Assembly (NCBI GenBank): GCA_040954595.2
Contig: CM082580.2
Span: forward strand, 5,446,783-5,510,782
Reading direction: 5' to 3'
Source: Balanoglossus misakiensis
Lineage: Eukaryota > Animalia > Hemichordata
DNA: 64,000 nt
Position 1 is the stretch's first letter. Each line of letters begins with the position of its first letter. Shown in pieces: positions 26,444 to 42,067 of the stretch. The position numbers and the translations under genes are program-made. Below the pieces are notes generated by a model, which did no database searches, was not told the DNA's origin, and worked only from the letters and a program-made list of their open reading frames with translations.

Positions 26444-29400
26444 TTGGCCGAGCAGTAAACACTGAAGCTCTCTGCGCAAGTTGCAAATGGGAGAAAACAA
26501 ACGCCTGGAGTGTCGAACCTTCGAATGACAAGGGTGCAATTTGAACAGCCTGGATCTACTCACCAGTGCTCCGTGCATCGTCACCCCACTCCCAGGCCCA
26601 ATCTGACCACCCCCGACAGGTTCCCGTATTGTGTAACACCCCCATTCATTTGTGGTGGCCAGATAGGCCGAACCACTCAGACAAAGGGATGAGTAGGTTA
26701 GAAATATATCAACTTACACCAAGATGCGAACCAAGGCGACGAATATTTACTTTGAGAAAGTGGAGGAGACAGTTCCAATGCCAGGAATAAGCATCTTGTA
26801 AATATTTTTTTTTAACTGCGTCTGCGGGATGACAATCCATAATTGCCGAAAAATTGCTTTTCAAAAGTTTAATATGTATGAGTAACTTGTTTTTTTTACC
26901 ACCAAGCACAATGTATTTGATGTGTCTGCAGATCAGAGAAGTGAACGTTACCAAATAAGCATTAAACTCCATATTTTTTTTTTACGGAGAACAAGTCAGT
27001 GTTGTTTGCTAAAAGTGGAAATACTGAGAGACGAAGATAATTATTACCTGTTAACCAAGTCAGCTGGTTATTTCATGTGTGTATATATCACACAGTTCCA
27101 TTATCCAGTTTTACTAGTAAGAATCCAGAAAATGGGAAAAATTGTTATGCTGCACAAACACCATGCCCTCAGTTAGAATCCTTTAGTGCCATATATATAA
27201 AAATATATCTATATGCCAATGAAATACATTGCCATAGACAGTGACTCAACTGTTTTGACTCAACAAAATATTATCATGTGCCTTAAGCTCTTCATCAGTT
27301 GGGAAAAAGGTAAAAATTAATGCTGAAAATTCCTGTAAATTTGTATTTTTCTTGCACTACTGCAGTTTTGCAGTTATCTCTGTGTCAGTAGGGCGTTGGT
27401 TCACCTCTGTAGGGTGTGGTGGTCAATCTTCCGAAATGTAATCGTAGTCTTCTAATTAACTATGCATAGAATATTTTGTAGTGGTCAGTTTTTTTCCCCC
27501 GAGAGACTTAAGCATATGTGGTAGAAAATGTTTTTCGAATTCTTGCCATAACAATGTTATAGTGTTTACAGTTTTCAGTTTGTAAAAAACGTCTGAATAT
27601 TGACCGTTACTTGTCCAGACTAGCCATTGTTCACGAAATTAAATGTCTTTATTCTGCAACTTTTTTTGTGAAAATAATAAATCCAGTTTTCCTTAGTTCC
27701 AAGAACACTGTTTTAACTATCGTAAAGATGTTGCTGATACTGTGTACTGTAGTCTCATTTATGTGAATTACTTTGTGAGGGGTACATTTCCTCAAATAAT
27801 TCATACAGCAGTCTTCTTTCAAGCTGCTTGAACTCTTGTCCCAGTTTTGAGGAAATAATGAGTTCGCAATTAAATACATGTATATACAAAGTAACATGAT
27901 GAAAAGCAAAAAAATAAATGTGTGTGTCCGTAATTTATAATGACATAAAAGTATATTTTACACCAAAATTATACTTTTTTGCACAAGTTCTTCGGAAGTG
28001 ACTACATTTTTACAACTATTTCTAGACTAAGTGCAGTTTAGGGGAAGGCATGCTGTTTTGACGTGCTGCACACGAGAGGTAGTGTATTGTTAGTAACCAT
28101 GAAAGCTAGGTACACGGGGCCAGTTCTAATTCTGATGATGATCATGTTTGTTTAAAGGACATGAAATTTTCACTGATGCCTAATAGGTCTTTCAGTGTTA
28201 AAATTTGAACTTATTTATTAAATTTAGACTGTCAAGAATGGTCGAAAAATTCATTTGGCTAAGGGTATGGAATGGGAGGGGGATAAATTATTTTTAAAGA
28301 ATGTCAGGTTTTTGTTTGGGACTGTGATATGCATTGATCTCGGAGGGATAGTCCTGCCCCTCTTATTCCCCTCATTGGGGGAGCACCAGTAGTATATAAT
28401 CTAGGAGATAATCACATGATTATAGATTTTCTGTAACTGTCATAGTTCATATCCTTACCATTCTCAAGTACCGTAATAATCTATTTGATGAGTGGTCAAA
28501 ATGAATCATGCAAATGAAATTGTTTGGCTTTTTTTGCCAAAGATGCTTTATGAAACCGAGTTTAAAATCTGAAATATGTCAAATTTCCAAATGGATTGTT
28601 GAGTGTTTGACAAAATTTATACTTTCGACACCTGTTATGAAGCGTGTCCTGCTGCATTGTGGGTGTATTCAGTGTGCTATTTAGCCTGTTCTTAGCTCTG
28701 GGAGGTTTTGTCCCAGAATGCAACAGTGCAATGAAGTGACTGAGGCATTTGCTCCAGTCAAGTTCTTTAAAACACGCACCTCGAAAATCAAAGTCGTAAT
28801 TTTTTTTCTCATATTATTTCCCTCTACTGTCTATGATGGCAAGTGGTTTAACTTCATGAAATGTGTTTAGGGACCAAGTTGTATACTACCCCTGTCCAAA
28901 ATTTCCAGTTCATGTTATGTCATCCAAGGTGCCATGTCAGTCTCTGCCTGTCCTTGTGGTACACTGCTGGCCAGAGTTCAAGTGCTTGGATTTCTGGCAA
29001 GAATTATGCTGCCAAGTGACCCAATCTGTGCAACCGACTTGATCAACCATTTCTCAATTTTGAATATTATTAATTGAAGTGGTGTCATGGACAATAGATC
29101 CTTTTGCAGCAAAGTAGAACACCATAGACTATATTTTACTCGTGAATATTCGTCTGGATCAACTACTTTGCTAATCACCACTTTTATTAAACTTCATGTA
29201 AAACTGTTCAGTCATGTGGTGTATGATTACTTTGATGTATTTGTGAAGTTATGAAGAGTCCATTTTCCCCAAATTAATTAGTACTGGTATGTTAACAGTT
29301 GTTGGCATAGCCATTTTTTTTTTTTTTTGTTCATACACAAAAATTGTAGTGCTTCCTTTAAACATGGTGCAGAGCATTGTTACGCATTGTGGTAGCCCTT

Positions 29401-29933
29401 TTCCCCATTTTCAATATTTTACAATCATATTTCACAATCAAAACAGAAAGGGGTATTTTCTACGGGCAGATGTGTTTTTCCCTAATATACTAAAAAGATT
29501 TCAACAATGTTTGAACGTTCTTTGAAGTGTGTTTACTTCAAATCCTGCAGTAAATTAGGATTAAACTACTTTGAACTGGTTATCAGATACGACAAACATT
29601 TGAACATTTTTATGCATTCTTATTCTGTCGAACAGGGGAAAGAAGTGTGAACCATTTCACCTGGGTATTTTATAATCGGATTGAGTACGTATTCGGGATA
29701 CTGTGACCAACAGGGAAATATATAGGGATATTTTATTAGTCATATTTGGGATGAAATTGTGGAGAGGGAACAGTTACTATGTATGCATTGACTGCATAGA
29801 AATATTTGTATGATTATAAACCAAGGGCTGGGTTCCACTATTTTTTAGTCTATCAGCACATTTTGTATAGATTAGTGAAATAAAGAATATATGTATTTAA
29901 TTCAAGAGTGTTTTAAGCCTTATTTCTTAAGTA

Positions 29934-30066
29934 AGTATGTATGTACGCATGTATGTATGTATGTATGCATGTATATGTGTGTGTATGTATGTATGTATGT
30001 AATTGTATGTATGTATGTATGTATGCATGTACGTACATACGTACATATGTATGTGTACATGTATGC
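29934..30066. repeat. (TATG)n-type microsatellite
   Basis: Imperfect tatg/catg tandem array. Confidence 0.9.
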
Positions 30067-30374
30067 ACAATGAAGACTTTCAACTTGACATGTGATATTT
30101 ATATTTGATGTAACGTTAGCAAAAGTTGAGTACTGGAAAGGTACACGCATCGGTGGCAAATCAATCTGAACTGAAAAATTGGAATAAATGTCAATGTGTT
30201 TTTTTCCAGACAGTTTGCAGTGATCACTCGCACTTTGTAGGGTCAGACCTCAGCCGTTTAAATGACGCGTTGCACTGTGTCACGTCAGCTCCAATATCAA
30301 GTTCATACTGGGAGAGATCAGAGGTCAAGCTGGGTCACTGGAGGTCATCTCCGGTTGGTGGCGGCCATCTTGTG

Positions 30375-32302
<1,928 letters not shown>

Positions 32303-32608
32303 TTTGCTTTGTCAATATGAGCTCGGTAGTAGGAGGGCGCTATTACAAGTCGTTCACAAGCTGTGGCGTGACACTGATCACGAAGAACATAAAAATAAGC
32401 GTTAAATTTTTATAAAATCTTGTATTTTTTTGATTTTCTGACAAACGTGATAGCCTTGGGACGCGTGACCGCATTGCATGCATTGTACTCGTGCTTATTG
32501 AGAACGTGCACGTGCGCGTGCTTGTTCTGCAAACGAATTTTAACTTTGATGATTGTTCGAGAGACGTTGGATAAACAACTGGCAAATTTAGTAGGCCTAT
32601 ACTGAAAT
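32303..32608. promoter_or_regulatory. Bidirectional promoter between METTL1 and the F-box gene
   Basis: The divergent start codons are only ~306 bp apart. The interval contains CpG-rich segments and a GAGGGCGCT motif near 32333. Confidence 0.6.
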
Positions 32609-34117
32609 ATGCGCAGAAAGAGGGGATTTGATTTTTTGGATTTACCAGAAGTGGCATTGCAGCGACTCTTTGAGTTTCTGGATGTTGAGGACAAGTGCCT
32701 TCTGGGAGGAGTCTGTCGTTTTCTGTACGTGAAGACCAGACGACCGATCGCCTGGAAAGAGCTCAGTATTCGATGGCGAAGCGGGGTCCATCGCGCCAGA
32801 AAACTTCCCGGTTTTGTGTTTGTGTCTGAATTACGAAAGGTTCACATCGATCTCAGAGATTGCAATGGCAGGATTTCCAAGGTAAATTTAGCATAGAAGT
32901 GTGTTGACACTATAAGTAAAGGATGCGTGGCTACCCGCGGCCAAGCGAAATTATTCTAAACTAGGCCTATAGCCTATTGAGACCAACGAATTCGCCTTTT
33001 TGGCGGGCAGCCTCTACAAAACAAGAGAAAACCACCATAAAGCAATCACTTTCAAAAATGCCGAGTGTGTTCCAATATTGTGCTCATTTACTGGAAACCT
33101 AGGGAAGAAAGTTGAGTCGTGCCCTTAAATTTATACTTATGCCAGAATAAATGTAGAGTAGACTACTTTCGACCAGAAGTGTTGTAAAGTTACTTTTAGC
33201 CAATCAGAAGTGTTGTAAAGTTACTTTTAGCCATAAATGTATCAAGTTCAATAAACAATAGGAAGTGGCCCAGATAAATGTCTATTGTCCCTCTGCTGAA
33301 AGGGACAAAATGCTGATTCTAATTCTACTTCTTTTAATTTGCCTTACAGGTTTCCAGAAACCAGTCTCCGAAAGACCCTTTCTGCCTCAATGCAGTCTGC
33401 CTGACATCTTTCATCAACAGAATAGCATTTAACTGTCCGGGACTGCGGTGTGTCATTCTGGAAAACTGTCACTACCTGTTCCGCAACGTGGTTGCCAAGC
33501 TGCAGCAGAGGTGTCCTCGCGTGGAGTCGCTGACCCTGAAGAACTGCGACTACGCCTTTCTGTACGACGGCGTGGTCTGCGAGATGGTGCGAGCCTGGGA
33601 AGGTCTGAAGCATCTGCACATCGAAGGGTGCCTCGTGACCAGCGGCAAGTTCTTGAGGTTCGTCGGCAAGCACTGCCCGAACCTGGAGTCCATCGGCGTC
33701 ATCGAGTGCGGCGCCAACATCGCCGACCGCATCTACTCCCTGGCGTCCGAGCGAGACTTCGAGGTGGAGTACTGCGGGCCGCGGAGCTTCAAGCTGAAGA
33801 GATTCCGCCCGAGCGTCACGGTGTTTCGGGTTCGGGGGGATTACACCAAACGGTTCTCCGGCAACGACACGACAGAGTCTCGGGAAGGTGACGAAACATG
33901 CAGTGGTGGTGTGCTGGCGTCGGACTTCGTGTGTCGATTTCCAGGCTTCTGCTCATGCGCCGTGTGTCGATCGCATTTGCTTGCTCAGAATGCCCCGTTT
34001 TTAGGTTACCACGGATCCACATCACATCCCGACCAGTACTCGGCGTACAGAACGATTTCAGAGACCAGAGAATCCTCGGCTTCTTGTATCAAGAGAATAA
34101 GACGAGAGTTACTTTAG
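32609..34117 (+). CDS. F-box/LRR-type protein (~346 aa, 2 exons)
   Basis: Exons 32609-32881 and 33350-34117 (phase 0). N-terminal F-box (LDLPEVALQRLFEFLDVEDKCLLGGVCR...W) followed by Cys-containing LRR-like units (CPGLRCVILENC, CPRVESLTLKNC, LKHLHIEGC, CPNLESIGV). Confidence 0.85.
33175..33233. repeat. Short direct duplication in the F-box intron
   Basis: cagaagtgttgtaaagttacttttagcca occurs twice in tandem. Confidence 0.8.
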
Positions 34118-34380
34118 ATGATGTTCCACCCATTGCGAGCTCTCGCGAGATTTGATTCATTGCCATAGACGGGTTGAGAGTCTTGTATCATTCTCCACAC
34201 AGAGAGTAACATGGGCTGACACCTTAGCTAAATTCTCCACGCTAGTAGATAAATGTTTTATGTGAATCTAGAATAGGTACAGATACTAACAAAAATTGTA
34301 AAGTGTAAAATATAAGATATGCTCGACCGCAGTTCTTGTCTTCTGAATGTTCTTTACTAAAAAAAAAATTATTACTAGAT

Positions 34381-34518
34381 TAATAACTCGTAATTACGAG
34401 AATAAAATCTCGTAATAACGAGAATAAAAACTGGTAATGACGAGATTAAACTGTCGTTATTACGATAATAAAAACTCATAATTACGGGATTAAAAACTCG
34501 TAATTATGACAATAAAAA
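34381..34518. repeat. ~22-bp tandem repeat (TAATTACGAGAATAAAAACTCG)
   Basis: About 6 degenerate copies. Unit junctions form the palindrome CTCGTAATTACGAG. Confidence 0.8.
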
Positions 34519-34699
34519 TGTGGGAAAACATGCGGATTGCGATGGCGGCATCTCTATTTTTAGATCAGTGATGTCCTTTGCCGTCTTGGTTTGGACTAAA
34601 CCTGAACGTGTCTTGTGGGTTTTATGTGTTCATATTGTTGAGAAAAGTTAGTTTTTACAGGAATATTTCTGATTTCTGGCCCCAATACGCTTCCGTAGA

Positions 34700-35265
34700 G
34701 GAAATGTTTCTAGAATATATGTGTGAAATTTCTTTCACAAATTCTATTTCATTTGGAATATAATTGAATTCTTGATCCCAAAAACGTTGAACGACTGTAC
34801 ATTACACTGAATCTACACATATAGGACGCGTGCATCTTTCAACTTGCTACATTTCAACATATATTGCTGCGAAAACATTACTTTGTATACTAGTACATTC
34901 GAGAAAAGGGTGCGTTCCGGCCCAGGGCTTATTTTCGTTAGGCTTGTAAACGTGTGGTAGCTTTTTGAGCAATGTATGCTCGAGGATGAAAATAAATAAA
35001 TAGGTCGGTATGAAGCAAACCATGCATAAAAAATTCTTTGAAAAATTAAATTAATAGTGTATATATAGCACTGCCAGCATGTATACATGGCGGCATGTGT
35101 GTATTTCCATCTATACAGGTTAACTTATCCGCACCGTCAAAATAGAATCAAGCCTGCTGTTTTTTTTATTCAGGATCTCCTAGCCAGAATTCCACCTAAT
35201 TCAAGGAAACACCGACAAGATATTTTTGTTGAACTACCATATTCCGGAAATAAACAGCTCTCACT
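34700..35265. repeat. Duplicated upstream segment (copy at ~38040-38610), part of the tandem gene duplication
   Basis: Long near-identical stretches, e.g. ctacatttcaacatatattgctgcgaaaacattactttgtat...gagaaaagggtgcgttccggcccagggcttattttcgttaggcttg, occur in both places. Confidence 0.88.
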
Positions 35266-35698
35266 AGGCTTTGTTGGAATCTTTACAGATGATAGTATCC
35301 AGTCGTATTTTGTCCGCTTTGGTTCCAAAGTACGTCTAGCCTCTTGAACCATGCCACTGCCCCCAATTAAGCCTAATGCACCTTTCTAGGAATTGTGATG
35401 TAACTAGCGTCCCCTTGTAGTCACTCACAAAAAACTGTAAAAATGGTGATTGGGTGTAAGGTCATAATGAAGGCAGGACCTATTCACATGTATTATCCTT
35501 TGTCCAATCAAGTTGGTGGAAGGCAGCCACAGGCTAATCAAGTGACCAACGTAGGCGGTATTATCATTCCAAGGGGATGGCAGCTTCCATACTGATAAGC
35601 ACACCCACATTCTAAATAAAAACTTACACGTTCTCTTTCAAAAATATCCTGTTATAATTATTTCGCGTTGAAAACTTGTGGTTCACGTTGCAGACGCG

Positions 35699-36146
35699 AT
35701 GAGTTCCTACGCAGTGCTCGCCGCTCTTACTTTTCTGCTGGCTTCCGGCCAGGCCGTTGAAGTTGACCGGTGCGAGTTCTGCAACGTGACTCTGATGAAC
35801 AACAACCGCGAGTACTTCACGTGCTCCCGCGACCAAGTCGACTGCCTGCCCGGTCTCGCTGACGCAGCGGACCAGGTCGACTTCGCAACGGTGCAGCCGA
35901 TGGTGGTTGAACACCACATGTTTGCGATGACGAACGACACGAGCACGCCGACGTGGAGGATGTATTCGATCATCTACGACTGCTGCGACAACGTCCCGCC
36001 GAGTTTGACCACACCCGCGGGGGTCGATCTGGATCCCTCTGTCGGTGGGTGTGTCAACTGTACTAAGAATGTTCTTGACGATGGCTACTACTTTTGGCAA
36101 TGTGAAGACCTCGGAATGGTAAGTTGACGGTTGAGAGAGAGAGAGA

Positions 36147-36227
<81 letters not shown>

Positions 36228-37251
36228 GGGGGGAGGGGAGGGGGAGGGAGGGAGGGAGGGAGGGAGAGGATACAGTGTACACTGTTAAAAGTAGAACCGA
36301 ATAAACGAGCAACATTGGGCATTTGTCGGCCCTCGTTAGTTAACAAGTCAGGCAATTTTTAATATCAACGGTGTTGTCAATAATAAAAAGTTGTCAACTT
36401 CACACTAATGTTCAATTGGGCAGCAATCCCAAATAGACACTTACACGATTGGAACAATTTTGTGGATAATTTCATATGATTATAATGTGAACAAAATGAG
36501 TATGTAGTAGTCGTTGCCCACTGGGAGAAAATAAAAAAAAGTCTACCATTGTATGCTGAACATACAGACCGTCAATTGAAATCACCCACATTCAATTATT
36601 CTAAAATATCAATGTAGATCCAATCGTGTTCACCGTAGATACAGCGGCGCCGTTCACATTCTAGATAATGCAAAAAATGAGAGCATTTAGCAAAGATTCC
36701 GATCATGTTTCGGTCCGGATTGCGCAGCTGGGATGGGTGTTTATATAAGTGACTACGTTGAATCATTCCGACACTATTTACATTTATCATTAATAAATCA
36801 GACTGGCATTCACGTGTATATAGTTATTTGTATGTGACAGCTGCGATAGTTAAATACAGGGCAATATCATGATTTTGAGCCGACATACTATTATATACAT
36901 ATCCCCTCCCAAGGGGCCATAGACTCTGTCAACCATGTAATGCCACGTTTTTCCCTATCTCACGTGGTTCTGTCTGAGCCAATCAAAATACGGAATACGG
37001 CGTGAGGTGTAGTAATACACTATAATGTCGCACCTCACTGAGCACAACTGTCAGACCAAAAACTAGTTCGTGCATTAATATTTTTTTTTTCGTTTCCCTT
37101 TCAGGAGGGCTGTCCGCAAGTGTTCTCCCTGGGAAATGTAGATTTTGAACCAGATGAGAATGCAGTTGTTCTCGAAGTGAAAGAATATTGCCTGGAGACG
37201 CCCGGAGTCAATCCAGGCGAATTTCTACCGTTCTGCACTTACGCACCTTGA
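35699..37251 (+). CDS. Secreted Cys-rich protein, paralogue 1 (188 aa)
   Basis: Exons 35699-36118 (420 nt, donor GTAAGT) and 37105-37251. Signal-peptide-like [19 protein letters not shown] and 12 Cys. Paralogous to the two downstream genes. Confidence 0.85.
36132..36268. repeat. (GA)n microsatellite
   Basis: Long GA run just after the exon-1 donor. Matching runs lie at 40449-40511 and ~44245-44427. Confidence 0.9.
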
Positions 37252-39929
37252 ATTCTAATGAATGTCGAGGAAGAAACGCAGTGCAAGATATCAACGACTA
37301 ATTATAATTTGGTTGGGGTGTTTTAGTTTTGACGCTGTTAATAATGAAGCATAATCTCACAATTCTATGTTTATGGACATTTCAGGGACTATTTCAGGAG
37401 ATCTACAGACGTTAGTCCAAGGTTCTGTGTGTTTGAAAGCAAAATTTCGGAATAAAAGGTGATGCGTTCTGGGACTTGTGCGTTTGTAAATAGTTGTGCC
37501 ATACGATTTTGTTGAACTCTCAATACTTTTGAAGAAGATAGAAAAAAACTCGGAGCACGGAAACGGCTAGCCCTGCATGGAGTCAGTCAAACCGTACGTG
37601 CGGTGGTTTTGTGAGCGTCGAGGATGAAAATTAAAAAAAAAATGGCCGGTATGAACATGATGAAGCAAACCATAAAAATTAAAATAAATCCGGAAGCAAG
37701 GGTTTCAGCAAAATCGTAAAAAACGCATGGAAAATTGTAAAAATAAAAGAAAAATAAAATAAATGTGCGGGTCACAGAAGCAGAACTCTTAGCAGATACG
37801 AAGGCGCGAACGCGCACAAAAATGACGATTTTGTCAGGGGTACCTATGAAGTGGGGGAATCGAAAACGGTCTGTAATTGACTACCAAAAACTGACCATAA
37901 AAATTCCACAGTTGACTCTGCGAAACATACAGTCACATGAGGGCGCTGTGGGCATCAACTTCTCGCACCCCGTATATCATGTACATGTATATACTACTTT
38001 TCAGTTGAACAATGTAGCCAAAATATGTCACATCCAATTGGGAAATGTTTCTAGAATATCTGTGTGAAATTTTTCCGCGAATTCTATTTCATTTGTAATA
38101 TACTAGTAATTGAATTCTTGATCTCCCAAAAACGTTATACAACAGTACATTAGACTGAATCTACACATATAGGACGCGTGCATTCAACTTTTCGGCTCAG
38201 AGCCGTGCTACATTTCAACATATATTGCTGCGAAAACATTACTTTGTATCCTAGTACATTCGAGAAAAGGGTGCGTTCCGGCCCAGGGCTTATTTTCGTT
38301 AGGCTTGCAACGTGTGGTAGCTTTTTGAGCAATGTATGCACGAGGATGAAAATAAAAAAAAATAGGTCGGTATGAAGCAAACCATACATACAAAAATTCT
38401 TTTAAAAATTAGCACTGCCAGCATGTATACATAGCTGCATGTGCGTATTTCCATCTTTACAAGTTAATTTATCTACCGTCAAAATAGAATCAAGCTTGTT
38501 GGTGTTTTTTTTTATTCAGGGTCTCCTGGACAGAATTCCGCTTAATTCAAGGAGACACCGGCAAGATATTTTTGTTAAACTACCATATTCCGAAAATGAA
38601 CAGCTCTCACCACAGATCGGGATAGGGTCAAAATGAAAAACCGCATTAAAACTAAAATGGAAAAGAACCACCACATGCAGCTTGAGTAAAAGTGCACTGC
38701 TAGAACAAAATGATCGAAGTATTTTAATACGACCCATGCAGAAAGCTGCACGGTTTATGTGCACCGTATTTACAAGGAAAGTACAAGGAAAACACTATTT
38801 TCAAGAGACCCTCCTAGGTTTCGAATAACTATGGTTAACAACCCCTTGCTACGGTAATTCAGGGTTGTCTGTTCACCAGAGAATGCAGTAATCGGGTCTG
38901 AGTGACAGTACAGTCACGGCTGAATGGCCGTGAGGTAGGATCATGTCACACCCGACACTGGTTGCCTGTTTAACCAGTCAGGTTTGAATGACAGTAATCA
39001 GGTCCGAGTGACCGTGGGATGGGATCATAACACGCGCACACCTTGCACTGAATTTGTCTGTTGACCACAGAATCCAACAATCCGGTCTGACTATGTCCCT
39101 GAAATCGGATAATATCACACCTGTCACTGTTTGTGTCTGCGCACCCGAGAATCCAGTAGTCGATCAGACGTGAATGACATTCAGTGGAGTCAGAATATGG
39201 TCATATCACGAGAATGACACGCGGTATCGGTCAAACTTCGTGTATGGAACCTTTATCACACATACATACCTATAAAACAGTACGATTTGCAAAAACTGCG
39301 CCGAGATAAACGATTTCGTGACCAGAAATTTGAACCTAGGCCTATAGCGCCTCAGGATATATTGCGGTAGTATACATGTATATCCCGCCAGCCAAGTTGG
39401 TGGCAGGCAGCTACAGGCCAATCGAGTGACCGACGTAGGCGGGACTATCATTCTAAGGGGATGGCAGCTTTCACCACATCCTCATTCTAAATAAAAACTT
39501 ACACGTTCTCTTTCAAAATATCCTATTTACAATTATTTCGCACTAAAAAAATCCCGACGGAGTAAGAGCGATACATTCAACATGGCAAAACAGCAACCTT
39601 TGAAAACGTAACAACGAAATTCTAACCGAAACGTATGCGTAAACAATCGATCGATTGGTGGGTATAGCCTCTAGTGTTTTCTTGTAATTTTGTGTGCCGA
39701 GAAACGGCGAAAATCGGCCGGCTGGTCATTGTGGGATTTCTGCACATTCGCAGTTTCTTTTGGCTTGAAAGAAACGCCCACTCTAACAATAAACCACAAA
39801 ATTGTTCTTAGCGCGAAAAAATACTGCTATATTCAAATTTTCGTTGCAATGCGAGCTATTTTTATTACTTTGAATATGGCAAGTGTACAATTGTTGTTGT
39901 TAATTTGCATGTACGCTATCGGGTAACAG

Positions 39930-39966
39930 CCAATCAACGGCATGCAGGGGAGTGCGTCCTTATATA
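39930..39966 (+). promoter_or_regulatory. CCAAT + TATA core promoter of paralogue 2
   Basis: CCAAT at 39930-39934 and TTATATA at 39960-39966, about 50 bp before the ATG. The block cgggtaacagccaatcaa...gggagtgcgt is conserved upstream of paralogue 3 (43671-43712). Confidence 0.6.
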
Positions 39967-40014
39967 CCATCGTTGGGCGTGTTCCGTCACATTCTGGTTC
40001 ACGTTGCAGACACG

Positions 40015-40445
40015 ATGAGTTCCTACGCAATGCTCGCCGCTCTCGCTCTGCTGCTTGCTTCCTGCCAGGCCGTTGAAGTTGACCGGTGCGAGTTCTGTAG
40101 AGTGACTCTGATGAACAACAACCGCGAGTACTTCACGTGCTCCCGCGACCAAGTCGACTGCCTGCCCGGTCTGGCCGATGAAGCCGCCAAGACCGACTTC
40201 GCAACGGTGCAGCCGACGGAGGTTGAGCACCACATGTTTGCGATGACGGAAGACTTGGAAATGCCGACGTGGAGGATGTATTCGATCATCTACGACTGCT
40301 GCGACAACGTACCGCCGAGTTTGACCACACCCGCGGGTGACGATCTGGACCCCTCTGTCGCTGGGTGTGTCAAGTGCACCAAGAGTGTTCTTGACGATGG
40401 CTACTACTTTTGGCAATGTGAAGACCTCGGAAAGGTAAGTTGACG

Positions 40446-40514
<69 letters not shown>

Positions 40515-41096
40515 CAATATACAAAAGTGGTCAACTTACACCAAATTAATGTTCAACCGCACAGCAATCCCAGAACACACAGAATAGACACAGCGATGCT
40601 GGTCACATTACGCAATACTAATACTACGCACACTTTGCAAAGATTCCGATCAGAGTTGGGAATTGCACAGGAGTTTGCACAAAAAGAGACAATACTTTGC
40701 ATATAAAGAGGAGATCATAGGAATAGAAATTACACATACATGTAACTTAATGTAAAACGTTATTTGAGAACTTGAATCCAGTAAGTTCATTCGCATGTCT
40801 GTAGTTATCTGTATTTGAAGGCTATATTCCGTGACAGCTGCGGTAGTTCACTAATACTGTCGCACACTCCAATAACCAAAACTTTCAGCTGAGACCAAAA
40901 ACTCGTCTGTGCGTGTGTGCGCTTCATCACTCTTTGTTCCTTTTACTTTCAGGAGGGTTGTCCTCAAGCATTTTCCAGAGGACAAGTAGATTTCGAACCA
41001 GATAAGGATGAAGTTGATCGCAAAGAGAAAGAATATTGTCTGGTAATGCCTGGGGCCAATCCAGACGAATTTCTGCCGTTCTGCATTTACAAATAA
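40015..41096 (+). CDS. Secreted Cys-rich protein, paralogue 2 (187 aa)
   Basis: Exons 40015-40434 (420 nt) and 40953-41096 (EGCPQAFSRG...LPFCIYK*). Signal-peptide-like N-terminus. Confidence 0.87.
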
Positions 41097-41903
41097 TCCT
41101 AATAAATGTCGAGGAAGACACGGAGCGAGCGCAAGAAATCAACGACTATGATATAATTCCACTGAGGGTGTCTTAGTTTTTGACTCTGTTAGTAACGAAG
41201 CATATTCCAGGGATTTTCGACAATTCTTTTCTTCATTAACATTTCAGGGAATATTTCGGGAAAGTTATAATGTTCAGTCCAAGGTTCGGTATGTTCTCCC
41301 GTCTATTACAACAGCCACGGATGTACGCTCGTCCGTCGGCGGCAATTACCTGGGCCGATTTTATTCAAACCTGGCACGCAGTCGATGCTGTACACATGCA
41401 CATCAATTTATTTTGCGGTACGATCCAATATGGCCACCGAACAGTCATTTTTCTACGATTTTTCATCCCATGAACCATTTCATTTAAACATGTTACAAGG
41501 ACAGAGTGCTTTGGTGTATACATGTATATGCATGCCAATGTGTATCACAGAACGATAATAACTTTCAAATGTATGAATATTATTGGTGATTGATTCAAGT
41601 CGTACGCGCTTTTTGGTTAATGGTGGAAAGGAATGTGCATATATAATCGAGGATCTTGGTCATATTTTCAATTCTATTGGTTTGTTAATAATTTGTGGAA
41701 TGAATAAAGCAAATGAAAATCCTCCTCACACTGAGAGGCTTCGGGAAGCAAACTTCTGTGGTGATCATTCACTTTACCTGCGCTGAAACAGTTGTATGCT
41801 GTTAATACCCTCACGAGGTTATGCGATGAATGAGGCGAAGTATATAGACGTTTCACGTGAAATTGAACGCATAGAATCCGCACACATCCAACGCGTTTAT
41901 TTG

Positions 41904-41907
<4 letters not shown>

Positions 41908-41963
<56 letters not shown>

Positions 41964-42031
41964 TGTCTGTCTGTCCGTCCGTCTGTCTGTCTGTCTGTCT
42001 GTCCGTCCGTCCGTCTCTCTCTCTGCCTGCC

Positions 42032-42066
<35 letters not shown>
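41908..42066. repeat. (GT)n/(CTGT)n compound microsatellite
   Basis: Seen directly. Confidence 0.9.

Positions 42067-42067
<1 letters not shown>

Noticed and set aside
38870-39200. Weakly periodic sequence upstream of paralogue 2
   Set aside because: Too degenerate to define a unit or boundaries by eye.
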